DNA of 55,761 nucleotides from positions 1 through 55,761 of the IMG/VR virus record IMGVR_UViG_3300033148_004574; one strand, 5' to 3'. The translations under genes and the position numbers were made by a program. This stretch comes from a virus (Duplodnaviria; Caudoviricetes). The notes beneath the pieces were generated by a model. That model was not told where the DNA came from. It was given only the letters and a program-made list of their open reading frames with translations, and ran no database searches. Shown in pieces: positions 26,247 to 36,607 of the stretch; within the stretch, counting starts at the first letter, position 1, and every line of letters starts with the position of its first letter.

Positions 26247-28908
26247 CCAGACGCAGGCCGCTTTTGCCAGCGTGCAGGGGCGGCTGACGACGCTGGGCCA
26301 GGGCATGATGACCTGGGGCACACGGCTAACGATTGGCGTGACGGCGCCGATCGTGGCTGCATTCACGGCTGTGACCAAGCAAGCCATCAGCGTCGAGTCT
26401 GCTTTTGCTGGCGTGACCAAGACCACCGATGGCCTGACGACCGACATGGGCGAGCTGAACGATGCCGGCAAGGCGCTCAAGGACGAGTTCCTTGCCCTGT
26501 CTGAGACCAAGCCCTTTGATGTTCAAGAGCTGATGCGCATTGGCGAGCTGGCCGGGCAGCTCGGCATACCGAAAGAGGCGCTGATCGACTTTACAGCGGT
26601 TGTGGCCGATCTGGGCGCAACGACGGACCTGAGCACCGAAGACGCCGCCATGGGCTTTGCGCGCATCATCAACATCATGGGGCTGGCGCAAACCGATGTA
26701 GACAAGATGGGCGCGTCCATCGTTGACCTCGGCAACAACTTTGCCACGACCGAGCCGGAAATCCTCAACTTTGCCTTGCGCATCGCTGGTGCGGCCAGTG
26801 TCGCCGGCATGACGACGGCCGACATCTTTGGTATCGCTACGGCCTTCTCCTCAGTTGGCCTCCAAGCCGAAGCGGGCGGCTCGTCAGTACAGCGAGTGAT
26901 TCTGGAGATGAACGCAGCGGTTGCCGATGGTGGGGACAAGCTCAAGCTGTTTGCCTCAACCGCGGGCATGAGCGCCGAGGAGTTTGCTTCGGTCTGGCGG
27001 ACTGACCCAGGCGCGGCATTCGCGGCGTTTGCTGAAGGACTGGGGCGCGAAGGCGTGGACGCCGCCGGCGTGCTGGACGACCTAGAGCTGTCCAACATTC
27101 GTGTTACGCGCGCCTTCTTGTCTATTGGGGAGGCGGGGGGTCTGCTGACGAGATCGCTCAACACCAGCAAGACTGCGTGGAAGGAAAACTCTGCTCTGAC
27201 CAAAGAGGCAAACATCCGCTACACCACGGGTGAATCGCAACTGAAGCTGCTGCGAAATCAGCTCAACAATGTTACGCTCAAGTTCGGCACCCTGATTCGA
27301 AACACCCTACCCTCGTTTATCGAGATGATCGATCCGGTGCTCGACAAGATCAACGATCTGGCCGAGAACCACGGGACGCTTGCCCTCAAGATCGGGCTGG
27401 TCGCCGCGGCGGTGGGGCCAGCGCTGACACTGCTGGGCGGGATCATCACCGTAGTCGGGCCACTGGTCTCGCCCGTTGGCGCAGCCGCAGTTGCAATCGG
27501 CTTGCTCGCTGCCGCGTTCATCAAGAGCAACGGTGGGATCAAGGGTACAAGAAACAAGCTGGAAGAGTTTGCCGCCGAGGTCTCTACGCGAGTACAGCCC
27601 ACCTTGAAGGACCTACAAGAGACCTGGGCATGGCTGTGGCCCCAATTGCAGGATACGTTTGGCCCGATTATCACGGACATCGGAGGCAAGCTGCAAGAAA
27701 AGGTCACCATGATGGCCAAGGTATTTGGGAAGAACATGGGATGGATCAAGGGCTGGGTCGATGAAAACATGCCTCTTATCAAAGAGACGATCACAACCAT
27801 ACTAACAGCGATAAAAAAGGCTTGGGACGTAGTGTGGCCGTATCTTTCAAAGGTAATTGATATAACATGGGGGGCTATGAGCGTCGTGGTTGACACCACA
27901 ATACGCGCCATGGCTGGGTATATCAAGGTTATCATGTTGGCCATCAACGGGGATTGGGAGGCCGCGTGGACTGAACTCAAGGGTGTCGGGGAAACGATAT
28001 GGAATGGGACAAAGAGGGCAATTGACAAAGTTCTGCGGGGTATTCTGGGGCTCTTTGGTACAAACTTGCATCAGATCAAGGAAACGTGGTCAACCAAGTT
28101 AGATGAAATGTGGACAAAGGTCTCGACATGGTGGACCGACACCAAAACCGGCCTACAGACGTGGTGGTCCGATACGATCACGGCATTCAACACTAACGCC
28201 CGGGCCATGGACACCGCCATCACCAAACCGTTCAAAGACGCCAAGACGTTCATTAGCGTAACATGGAGCCGTCTCCCTGGGTGGTGGACCGGCGCGCGGG
28301 GCTGGTGGACGGTAACCATCACAAAGCTGGGCGAGAAGAAGCAGGAAGTGATCGACGCCATCACCAAACCGTTCAAAGACGCCAAGACGTTCATTAGCGT
28401 AGCATGGAGCCGTCTCCCTGGGTGGTGGACCAGCGCGCGGGGCTGGTGGACGACGATGATCACCAGTCTGCAAGAGAAGAAGCAGCGCGTGATCGACGCT
28501 ATCACGGCACCGTTCAAGGCGGCTAAAGACTTGGTTGTGGCCTACTGGGCGGATGTGCAGGCGGTCCTTGACTCGATCAAAGTGCCGCACATCCCGACGC
28601 CACACTTTTCACTGACAACCGAGAACCAGAGTATTGCCGGCATCAGTGTCCCGGTGCCAAAGCTCAACGTGAGTTGGTACGCCAAGGGCATCGACGCGAT
28701 CTTTGACCAGCCGACGCTGATCGGCGTCGGCGAAGCGGGGCCGGAACGCGTGGTGGTGCAGCCATTGGGCAAGGGGGGCACGGCCAAGGGCGGGCAGGGG
28801 GGTGACCAGGTGACGAACAACTACAACCTGAACGTCACCTACCCAATTCTGGAGACGCAGGACAACATACGGGACACGCTGCGGATGCTACAGATGGTCA
28901 CAGCATGA
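26206..28908 (+). CDS. Tape measure protein (TP901-like)
   Basis: SAFAGVTKT; GELAGQLGI; LGNNFATTEPEI; AEAGGSS; Trp-periodic C-terminal region; WYAKG...GVGEAGPE. Confidence 0.92.
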   Translation: MADKIVRIIVTASDQTQAAFASVQGRLTTLGQGMMTWGTRLTIGVTAPIVAAFTAVTKQAISVESAFAGVTKTTDGLTTDMGELNDAGKALKDEFLALSETKPFDVQELMRIGELAGQLGIPKEALIDFTAVVADLGATTDLSTEDAAMGFARIINIMGLAQTDVDKMGASIVDLGNNFATTEPEILNFALRIAGAASVAGMTTADIFGIATAFSSVGLQAEAGGSSVQRVILEMNAAVADGGDKLKLFASTAGMSAEEFASVWRTDPGAAFAAFAEGLGREGVDAAGVLDDLELSNIRVTRAFLSIGEAGGLLTRSLNTSKTAWKENSALTKEANIRYTTGESQLKLLRNQLNNVTLKFGTLIRNTLPSFIEMIDPVLDKINDLAENHGTLALKIGLVAAAVGPALTLLGGIITVVGPLVSPVGAAAVAIGLLAAAFIKSNGGIKGTRNKLEEFAAEVSTRVQPTLKDLQETWAWLWPQLQDTFGPIITDIGGKLQEKVTMMAKVFGKNMGWIKGWVDENMPLIKETITTILTAIKKAWDVVWPYLSKVIDITWGAMSVVVDTTIRAMAGYIKVIMLAINGDWEAAWTELKGVGETIWNGTKRAIDKVLRGILGLFGTNLHQIKETWSTKLDEMWTKVSTWWTDTKTGLQTWWSDTITAFNTNARAMDTAITKPFKDAKTFISVTWSRLPGWWTGARGWWTVTITKLGEKKQEVIDAITKPFKDAKTFISVAWSRLPGWWTSARGWWTTMITSLQEKKQRVIDAITAPFKAAKDLVVAYWADVQAVLDSIKVPHIPTPHFSLTTENQSIAGISVPVPKLNVSWYAKGIDAIFDQPTLIGVGEAGPERVVVQPLGKGGTAKGGQGGDQVTNNYNLNVTYPILETQDNIRDTLRMLQMVTA

Positions 28909-29804
28909 CGGCGACACGACTCTCGTTTTCACTCAGCAACAGCGCGGGCGACACTGTGTCGCTCGCGGGTAGCACGATCTACGTCACGGCATACGACGGC
29001 CTGGGGCTGGTGAAGCCACAACGGTTCACGCGCACGGGGCCACAACAGCACGGGCAGACGCTCGGGGCAGCGCTATTGGGCGAGCGTGTGGTGACGCTGC
29101 ACCTGGTCTATCAGAGCACGACCGAAGCGCTGCTAGAAGCGGCGCAGCAGGAACTACAGCAGTTACTCAACGAGCTGACAACGGCCGTGTATCTCGACGT
29201 AACCATGCCCAGCGGAATGACGTTTCGGCTGGACTGCTACCACAAAGACGGGCTCAAAGGCACACGGCGGGCGAGTGGGCCGTTCTACTGGGCCGAGGAA
29301 GTGCTGCAACTCGTGGCCGACGAGCCGACGTTCTACAACGGCACGCCGGTTGTAGAGCAGTTCGCTCTTGGTGGTGGGGGCACAGGGATGCCGATACCGC
29401 TGCTGATTCCGATGACGTTGGGAGCCTCGTCGGCCGACGTAACGCAGCCGGTGACATACGCGGGGACCTGGCGTTCAGAGCCACAAGTGCGGATCACGGG
29501 GCCGATCACTGATGCGGTTATCGAGAACCTGACCACCGACGAAAAGTTGGATTTCACCGGGACGACCATTGCCGATGGCGACTACTATGATATTGACTGT
29601 CGCTACGGATACAAAACAGTAACAGATAAAAACGGTGACTCACAGCTTGACGATCTGACAAACGATTCTGATCTGGCGACCTTTCATCTGGCACCACACG
29701 CAGAGGCGCCAGACGGCATCAATGACATACGAGTAGCGGGCGCGGGCATCAACAGTAACGCCAAGGTCAGCGTGACCTACTACACGCGCTATATCGGTAT
29801 CTAG
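28905..29804 (+). CDS. Distal tail protein (Dit-like)
   Basis: Follows the tape measure gene; GPQQHGQT...ERVVTL; PQVRITGP...IENLTT. Confidence 0.75.
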   Translation: MTATRLSFSLSNSAGDTVSLAGSTIYVTAYDGLGLVKPQRFTRTGPQQHGQTLGAALLGERVVTLHLVYQSTTEALLEAAQQELQQLLNELTTAVYLDVTMPSGMTFRLDCYHKDGLKGTRRASGPFYWAEEVLQLVADEPTFYNGTPVVEQFALGGGGTGMPIPLLIPMTLGASSADVTQPVTYAGTWRSEPQVRITGPITDAVIENLTTDEKLDFTGTTIADGDYYDIDCRYGYKTVTDKNGDSQLDDLTNDSDLATFHLAPHAEAPDGINDIRVAGAGINSNAKVSVTYYTRYIGI

Positions 29805-29813
29805 GAGGATAGG

Positions 29814-30902
29814 ATGGCAGAGGATTCTCTGTTCTGGACAACCAGTGGCACCGGGGACGGGGCCTCGGGCGGATACACCATGGCAGAGTTCGTTGGGTTC
29901 CTGCGCCGGCTGTTCCTGAGCGACGAAACCGACGAGGGGGTGCTCAAGAACTATGCCAATGAGCTGGAAGTCACCAACCCCTCGGGCCGCAACCTACAGG
30001 TGGACACGGGCGGGGCCTTTGTTTATGGCTATTGGTACTGGAACACCTCGGCCGAGACCAAGGAACTGACGCATCCAACAGTAGGCACGACGGGTTGGCG
30101 AATGGTGTTGCGTGCCGACTGGTCGGCTCAGACGGTGCGGATCGTACTCAAGGAATCGAGCGACGGTACCGCGACGGCGCCTGCACTAACGCAAACGGCC
30201 AGTACGACATGGGAGATAAGCCTAGCCACAGGCACAATTGCCACAGATGACACGGTGGTCATCACTGACACGCGCGTGTATATACACCCCAACATCGAGA
30301 TTGAGGGGGCAATGTTGGCCGCGGCCATTGTGGATGATAGCACGCTAGAGATCAATAGTGGCGTACTGCGTGTCAAAGATGCCGGGATCACGCTGGCCAA
30401 GATGGGCGCTGACTCGGTCAATGTCTCCAAGACCGTCGACCGCACGCGCAAGCTGTGGGTGCCATGTGTCAACATTTTCAACAGCACCGACAGTGCCTAC
30501 GACCAGAACTACACCTATCGTCGTGGCTGGTGGCTCACGGACAACAAGAGCGTTACGGCCCACGGCACATTCTGCATACCCAGCGACTTTGTCTCGGGCA
30601 TGACGGTGACACCGATTGGCGTTGTAGGGGGAACGGGCAACGCCTACACCTACTCTGAAGCAACCTATGGGGCGCTGGGCCAGGCGAACACGACACACAC
30701 GGATACCAGCGCCTATGCAGCCACGGGCGTTGTGGGCACATTGTACTTTGACGACCTCCACGCCGCGCTTTCTCTGACCAGCGCGGCGGCAGGCGACTAT
30801 GTCAACCTGACCTTTGTACGTGACGCAACAAACGCGGCCGATACAGTCGATACAGACATTTACTTCATGGGCTGGCTCGTATCCTACACGGCGGATAGCT
30901 GA
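29814..30902 (+). CDS. Minor tail/baseplate protein
   Basis: LQVDTGGAFVYGYWY; PALTQT...WEISLA. Confidence 0.7.
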   Translation: MAEDSLFWTTSGTGDGASGGYTMAEFVGFLRRLFLSDETDEGVLKNYANELEVTNPSGRNLQVDTGGAFVYGYWYWNTSAETKELTHPTVGTTGWRMVLRADWSAQTVRIVLKESSDGTATAPALTQTASTTWEISLATGTIATDDTVVITDTRVYIHPNIEIEGAMLAAAIVDDSTLEINSGVLRVKDAGITLAKMGADSVNVSKTVDRTRKLWVPCVNIFNSTDSAYDQNYTYRRGWWLTDNKSVTAHGTFCIPSDFVSGMTVTPIGVVGGTGNAYTYSEATYGALGQANTTHTDTSAYAATGVVGTLYFDDLHAALSLTSAAAGDYVNLTFVRDATNAADTVDTDIYFMGWLVSYTADS

Positions 30903-32017
30903 TGCCGAACGTATGGCAGGTGCGCGTGAAGGGGGGAGACGGCGCGCTAGCTGCGTTGCTCACGGGGGAGCGCGGCGGCTTTGCGGGGTTCTCATTCATG
31001 CGCAACGTGAACAGCGCCGGGGCCTTTGCGCTGTACATGATGCGACGCGCCGATGAGACGACAACGGAGTTCATCGACCGAACGGACCTCTTTGAGCTAG
31101 ATGGGCAGATCGAGTTCCGCCGTCGCTGGCCGGAGCAAGGCGTCAACTGGCAAATGGAGTTTGAGGGGCTGGTGCGCTCGCGAGAATGGTACGTCAACGA
31201 GAACAACGTGCTGATGTTTGCCGCGTCGGGGCGTGGGTATCTGGACCTGCTACACCGGCGGCATATTGACGCCGCTTCGGGCAGCCCCGAGGCCGCCAAG
31301 ACTGGACCTGCCGAGACAATCGCCAAGGCATACGTGACAGAGCAAGCGGGGAGTGGGGCGGCGGCAGCGCGGCAGATCACGGGGCTATCGGTGCAGGCCG
31401 ACGGCGCAGCAGGAAGCACGGTACATATCACGGCGCCATACAAGAACTTGCTGGGGACATTACGGGAGATCGCGCGGCTAGGCGACGGCGACTTTGACGT
31501 TGTGGGCACCGGCGCGGCGACATATGAGTTTCGCTGGTACGACGGACAGCGCGGCACGGACCGCAGCAGCACCGTAGAGTTCTCATATGAGCGGGGGAAT
31601 ATGGGCGCACCGCGTCTGACGCGCGCGCGACACGACGAAATCAACGCCGTGTTGGTGGCTGGTCAGGGGCATGCCTCGGACCGCGAGACCGTATGGCGTA
31701 CAACGGACACGTTGATCGACGATAGCACATGGAACCGTATTGAGGGATTCAAAGACCAACGCGATGAACCGAACACCGATGGTCTAAACGATGCTGGTGA
31801 CGTAGTGCTTGATGAACACAAACCGCGCGCGGTGCTGAGCTTCGAGCCGCTACAGACGCCGGGGATGCTCCTGGGCAAACACTACTTCTTTGGGGACAAG
31901 GTAGCGGTGCAATTCTTAGAATACAGCGCGACACAGAAAGTCAAAGGCTATACCTGGACCGTCAATGAGAGCACCGGACCGGGGGGGCAGGTGACCGTGG
32001 AGCTGGCCGATGTCTGA
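30902..32017 (+). CDS. Tail hub protein (ReqiPepy6 Gp37-like)
   Basis: NAVLVAGQG; RIEGFKDQR; GKHYFFGDKV. Confidence 0.75.
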   Translation: MPNVWQVRVKGGDGALAALLTGERGGFAGFSFMRNVNSAGAFALYMMRRADETTTEFIDRTDLFELDGQIEFRRRWPEQGVNWQMEFEGLVRSREWYVNENNVLMFAASGRGYLDLLHRRHIDAASGSPEAAKTGPAETIAKAYVTEQAGSGAAAARQITGLSVQADGAAGSTVHITAPYKNLLGTLREIARLGDGDFDVVGTGAATYEFRWYDGQRGTDRSSTVEFSYERGNMGAPRLTRARHDEINAVLVAGQGHASDRETVWRTTDTLIDDSTWNRIEGFKDQRDEPNTDGLNDAGDVVLDEHKPRAVLSFEPLQTPGMLLGKHYFFGDKVAVQFLEYSATQKVKGYTWTVNESTGPGGQVTVELADV

Positions 32018-34094
32018 CGTGCTTGTGGACAACCTGATCAGCACCGTCAACCGCTTGGAGCAGCGCGTTGCGCACCTGGAAGCGGCCGACCCGCCCACCC
32101 GCTGGGTGTTTGACCCGTTCGACTATGGCGCGGTGGCTGACGGTAGCTCGCATCCATTGAGCGACTACTATAGTACACTGGCCGAAGCACAGGAGGTATA
32201 CACACACGCGCTTGCGCTGACGGATGAAATTGACTGGTGCGCGCTCCAGGCGGCGATCAACGCGGCAGAGGACGCGAATGGTGGCACGGTGCTGGTCAAT
32301 GGTCGGTTTATCATCAACCGGCCCTTGCTATTGCCGCCAGAGCACGTTCACATGATGGGAGACAGCGGCGGCCAGGCGGACTATGTCACGTGTTACGCCT
32401 CGATTCGCAAAACTAGCCACACAACCGGAACACATACGCGCACCGTTACCTATACCATTGATTACCAAGTTGACTCGATCATCAGCATTGATGTCAACGC
32501 CACACAGAAACTCGCTAGCAACATCATCTTGCGCGGGTTTTCGATCTGGGGACCAAGCCGTACGGATCGTTGCCGCTACGGTATTTATGCACCGTTGATC
32601 AAGTACAGCGAGTTCACCGACGTGCGTATCGTCTGGACTGATCTCGCCGTGTTCACGTACTACACCTGGCTGCTAGCCCTACGCCGGTTGCGCATCCAGT
32701 ACTGCGATGTAGGCATCTGGGTCAACTGGTGGTACAGCGTCAGCACTTCGGTCCTTTGTGACTGTTGCTATGTCAATCACTTTGAGCTGAACGGGTACTG
32801 GTTCCAAAAGAGCTACTACAGCTCATGCGTGGGCTGCGCCTGCGATGGCGAGGAGGAACGCGGCTCGCACACCGGTAGCAACGGAGCGTCAACGCTGACC
32901 GACAGCGCCAACACGTTCACCGATCCAGCCGGGAACAGCGTGCCACTTGTGGGCAAGGCGGTGGTGAACCTCACCGACGGCAGTTGGGGGCTGGTGACGG
33001 CCTACACCGACCACACGCTCAGTGCAACGCTGGCCTATGGCACAGACAACGACTGGGACACGGGCGACGAGTATCGCGTTGTCGCCACACGAACGGGAAC
33101 ACATACAGGAGGTGATGCAGAGGCCGCGCTGACCGACGAAGATGCCGCATTCCATGACGGCTTGATCGGTCTGTATGTATACAACACAACCGACGGTAGC
33201 TATGGGCAGATCACCGCCACAACCGAGACGACACTGACAGCAATACTAGCGGGCGGCACAGATAATGCCTGGGACAACGGCGACGAGTATGTCGTCGTCA
33301 TGCTCGCAGCGGGCTACCTGGCCGAAAAGAGCGAGCTGACCGTCACGGGCGGGAGCGCCGAAGGGCTGTGGACCAAGCTCGCGGCGCGCGACGGTGTCGG
33401 CGCCTGGTCGGGGGGCGCGCTACTGGTCTACAGTTCGGCCGGAGACGCCGAGTACAACGCCGACGTAACCGGCAACTCGAAACTACTAGCACTCACGCCA
33501 GATTCTAGTGCTAGCGGCACCGATGACGACCTGATGATTGCGCGCTGGCAGGACGCCAGTGGCTGTGTGGACATTGGCGGGGTGGCCGGCAAGTATCACA
33601 CGTTTAGCGGACACCAACGGCTAGGGGCAAGCGGCCTGTTATACACATTCCAGGGCCAGCCCTCGTGGGCGGAGAATATCGCCGACAACACGTTCGAGGA
33701 TGTGTTGACGTTCACCTGTTCTGGCGGATCGTATTCCTCTGATCGTGGCATTTGCTCGGGGGTCTTACTGCTCAACGTCAACGGCAAGACCAGCGGGGGC
33801 AACGAGGAGTTTGTGTCGCAGCGGTGGTTCGTGAGCATCTACAAGCTCTCGACCGACAACCTGCAAAGCGACATTCAGCAGATTGGTAGCGATAACGCCT
33901 ACAACAACGTGGGCTATACCATGACCGTGCAGGAAAAAGCGGGGACCAGTGCCACGTTGCTGACCATCGAGGCCAAGATTCAGTACGCCAGCAATTTCCC
34001 GTCGCCGAGCGACATAGACATGTCGTGGTCCTGGGAGTTCACCAGCCAGGCAACGACGGCGACGACATTCATCACGCCGGAGAACGCGCAATGA
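32010..34094 (+). CDS. Tail spike with pectin-lyase-like beta-helix and duplicated insert domain
   Basis: DYGAVADG...DEIDWCALQAAINAA; two copies of an HTG...LTD...NxTDGS...GTDNxWDxGDEY module. Confidence 0.72.
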   Translation: MSDVLVDNLISTVNRLEQRVAHLEAADPPTRWVFDPFDYGAVADGSSHPLSDYYSTLAEAQEVYTHALALTDEIDWCALQAAINAAEDANGGTVLVNGRFIINRPLLLPPEHVHMMGDSGGQADYVTCYASIRKTSHTTGTHTRTVTYTIDYQVDSIISIDVNATQKLASNIILRGFSIWGPSRTDRCRYGIYAPLIKYSEFTDVRIVWTDLAVFTYYTWLLALRRLRIQYCDVGIWVNWWYSVSTSVLCDCCYVNHFELNGYWFQKSYYSSCVGCACDGEEERGSHTGSNGASTLTDSANTFTDPAGNSVPLVGKAVVNLTDGSWGLVTAYTDHTLSATLAYGTDNDWDTGDEYRVVATRTGTHTGGDAEAALTDEDAAFHDGLIGLYVYNTTDGSYGQITATTETTLTAILAGGTDNAWDNGDEYVVVMLAAGYLAEKSELTVTGGSAEGLWTKLAARDGVGAWSGGALLVYSSAGDAEYNADVTGNSKLLALTPDSSASGTDDDLMIARWQDASGCVDIGGVAGKYHTFSGHQRLGASGLLYTFQGQPSWAENIADNTFEDVLTFTCSGGSYSSDRGICSGVLLLNVNGKTSGGNEEFVSQRWFVSIYKLSTDNLQSDIQQIGSDNAYNNVGYTMTVQEKAGTSATLLTIEAKIQYASNFPSPSDIDMSWSWEFTSQATTATTFITPENAQ

Positions 34095-34615
34095 TCCGCC
34101 GCTGCATACTCACGCTCATCATAAGCCTGATTCTACTCTGCCCCGTGTCGGCGCAGGCGTTGGTCCACGTTTCAGTACGCAGCGATGTGGCCGTGACCAT
34201 CCGTAACCCATCGGGGCGCGAGTGGACGGTGGCGCCGAACCCGGCGGGGTACGCGGTGCTGTCGGTGATCTATTCGCCGGGCGAGTGGCGGCTGTCGGCG
34301 GGCTGCCAGCGCATCGAGGGGCCAGGGCGCTGGGATGGCTGCGGGCTGTGGGTGACGTTGCCGACCTCGGGCGGGGTGTCGAGCTGGGTGGTGGTAGCGC
34401 CGACGCCGACCGCAGGACCAGCGGCGACAGGGACACCAATAGTGACACCATCGGCAACGGCAACACCACACGACGCGCTGGAGGGAATCCGGCTGCCGCC
34501 GGCGCCACCGGGCCATGTCTGGGTGCTGGTGGTGATCGAGCGGGGGGATGGGAGCCGGATGGTGGCGAGCAAGGCGCTGGTGGCGGTGGAGGATCTGAGG
34601 GGGTTTGTGGACTGA
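34091..34615 (+). CDS. Secreted hypothetical protein with Pro/Thr linker
   Basis: Signal peptide MIRRCILTLIISLILLCPVSA; PTPT...TPSATATP. Confidence 0.6.
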   Translation: MIRRCILTLIISLILLCPVSAQALVHVSVRSDVAVTIRNPSGREWTVAPNPAGYAVLSVIYSPGEWRLSAGCQRIEGPGRWDGCGLWVTLPTSGGVSSWVVVAPTPTAGPAATGTPIVTPSATATPHDALEGIRLPPAPPGHVWVLVVIERGDGSRMVASKALVAVEDLRGFVD

Positions 34616-34620
34616 GCAAG

Positions 34621-34812
34621 GTGCTGAAGCTTCTCGTTGAGCGCGACGACGATGGCCGCTACGTGGTGAGTCTCCCCGACGGGCTGATGCACGCGGTGGG
34701 GGACACGGTGCCGGATGCGCTACGCGACATGGCGGCAACGATGGAAAGCTATGCCAAGATTGTGGATGACGAGGAGCTAGGGCAGTTGCGGGAGTTGGGG
34801 GTGATCAAGTGA
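34621..34812 (+). CDS. HicB-like N-terminal domain protein
   Basis: LLVERDDDGRYVVSLPD...AVGDTVPDALRDM. Confidence 0.55.
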   Translation: MLKLLVERDDDGRYVVSLPDGLMHAVGDTVPDALRDMAATMESYAKIVDDEELGQLRELGVIK

Positions 34813-36065
34813 GCTTTGCCAAGTTTGGACCGCACATCCTGTACAGCTATCGCGGCAGCCTGGGCACGCCCAGGGCGCTCAAGGTCGTCGAGCCGTCGGT
34901 GGCCTACGTGCGGCAACTGAGGGCCGAGACACACCCGGACACGTTGATCATCGTGCGCTGGGACGACCCGCTGCGGCTCGATGACCCCGAGGCTGGCGCG
35001 CGCGCCTGGTTTGACCAACGATTGCCGCACATGCGCGCCATGACCGACTATGGCCGCGATGACCGAATCGTCTTTGAGCTGGGCAATGAGCCACACCGCA
35101 ACCTGATTGCGCCGCTAACGCGGTACACGATGGTGCTGCAAGTGCTGATGCACGACCGGGGCCTGCACGCGGGCATCGGGTCATTCTCCGTAGGCCAGCC
35201 GGAGCTTGTCGACTGGCGTGTGTTCATGCCAGCAATCCAGGCCATGGCGCCGGGTGACTGGCTCTGTGACCACGACTATGCCAAGGATGAAGCCGACCTG
35301 GACAACATCTGGCATGTTGGTCGGTTCGCGCTAGCCCCCGAGCTGGCCGGCGTGCCCATTCTGATCACCGAGTTCGGCAGTGACGTGACCGAGCTGGGCG
35401 GCACCATGGGCTACCCCGGCTGGTCAGATGACCGCAAGATGGCGTTCTTTGAGAAAGCCGGGGCGATCTACGATCAGTACGACCAGGTGTATGCCGTGCT
35501 GTGCTACACCGTCGGCCAATACTGGGACACCAAGTGGCGGCCATTCAGTTTGGACAGCATGTGGCCGCGCATGATCGCCGCGCAGGGCACGCCTGGCTGG
35601 TCGCCGCCAGTAGCGGAGCCGGAGCCGGTCGTGTGGCCAGTCGAGGGGCGCATCTCGCAGGGATTCGGCGAACGGCCAGAGGTTTATGGCGCAGGCGGGC
35701 ATCGTGGCGTAGACATTGCGCCACCGCGGGGCGTCGAGCACCGCGACTGGTACGGGACGCCGGTGCGGGCCACGGTGGCGGGCGACGCCTGGGCGTTGGG
35801 CAACGAGACCGAGGGGTACGGGCGGTACGTCTACACCTTTGGCGAGCGCGAGGACGAGCTGGTGGCACATCTCTGCCAGACGGCATGGTTCGGCAAGAGA
35901 CGCGTCGAGGTCGGCGACGTGTTGGGCTGGGTGGGACATTCTGGCAACTGCGAGCCGGTGGGGGTACTGGGCACGCACGTTCACTGGGGCATTCGACCAT
36001 CTAGCCCGTATCGGTGGGGCAATGGCCACGGAGGCTATGTTGATCCGCTGGAGGGCAGGACGTGA
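34809..36065 (+). CDS. Endolysin-like: TIM-barrel glycoside hydrolase + M23 peptidase
   Basis: ELGNEP; HDY; ILITEFG; WPVEGRISQGFG...HRGVDIA...AHL...GTHVHWG. Confidence 0.78.
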   Translation: MSFAKFGPHILYSYRGSLGTPRALKVVEPSVAYVRQLRAETHPDTLIIVRWDDPLRLDDPEAGARAWFDQRLPHMRAMTDYGRDDRIVFELGNEPHRNLIAPLTRYTMVLQVLMHDRGLHAGIGSFSVGQPELVDWRVFMPAIQAMAPGDWLCDHDYAKDEADLDNIWHVGRFALAPELAGVPILITEFGSDVTELGGTMGYPGWSDDRKMAFFEKAGAIYDQYDQVYAVLCYTVGQYWDTKWRPFSLDSMWPRMIAAQGTPGWSPPVAEPEPVVWPVEGRISQGFGERPEVYGAGGHRGVDIAPPRGVEHRDWYGTPVRATVAGDAWALGNETEGYGRYVYTFGEREDELVAHLCQTAWFGKRRVEVGDVLGWVGHSGNCEPVGVLGTHVHWGIRPSSPYRWGNGHGGYVDPLEGRT

Positions 36066-36241
36066 GCTGGGAGATACGCTGCGGCGATTATCTGAAACTG
36101 ATAGCCGCGATGCCAGACAACAGCGTGACGGGGTTGGGGTGAGAGTTTATCGATATGGAAAAGAGTGCGTATTGGTGTGCCGTAGCCGAGAAGCGTATCC
36201 GTGAGGCTGCGATGCAACCGGCACTGGAGTTGGCATCATGA
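36062..36241 (+). pseudogene. DNA methyltransferase remnant (N- and C-termini joined, core deleted)
   Basis: SWEIRCGDYLKLIAAMPDNSV then, in another frame, LG*EFIDMEKSAYWCAVAEKRIREAAMQPALEL. Confidence 0.65.
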
Positions 36242-36486
36242 CCTTCCGCGCCATCTACTCTGCCGAGGATGGCGAGTGGGTCGGGCTGTGCGCGCAGTAC
36301 CCGAGTCTCAGTTGGCTTGCGCCGACACAGGCTGATGCACTTGACGGAATCCGCCGGCTAGTAGCGGCCATCGAGCAACGGCTGGGGCTGGATCAGACCA
36401 GCATGCCACCACCGGAAGCAGAGGAGCAGACGGTGAGCGATCCGCACGTCAAGCTGAGCCACGGTTGGACACGGCCACAAGACTAG
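36238..36486 (+). CDS. HicB-like N-terminal domain protein
   Basis: YSAEDGEWVGLCAQYPSLSWLAPTQADALDGIRRLV. Confidence 0.7.
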   Translation: MTFRAIYSAEDGEWVGLCAQYPSLSWLAPTQADALDGIRRLVAAIEQRLGLDQTSMPPPEAEEQTVSDPHVKLSHGWTRPQD

Positions 36487-36607
36487 CGAGCTATCTGACC
36501 GCGCGCGCATAGGGCTGCCAGGACCAACACGCGCACGGCCGCGCATTGAGATGATACGCGAAGCAGCGAAGATATGTCAACCTTCTGGCTGGAATCAGGG
36601 GTAGTAC

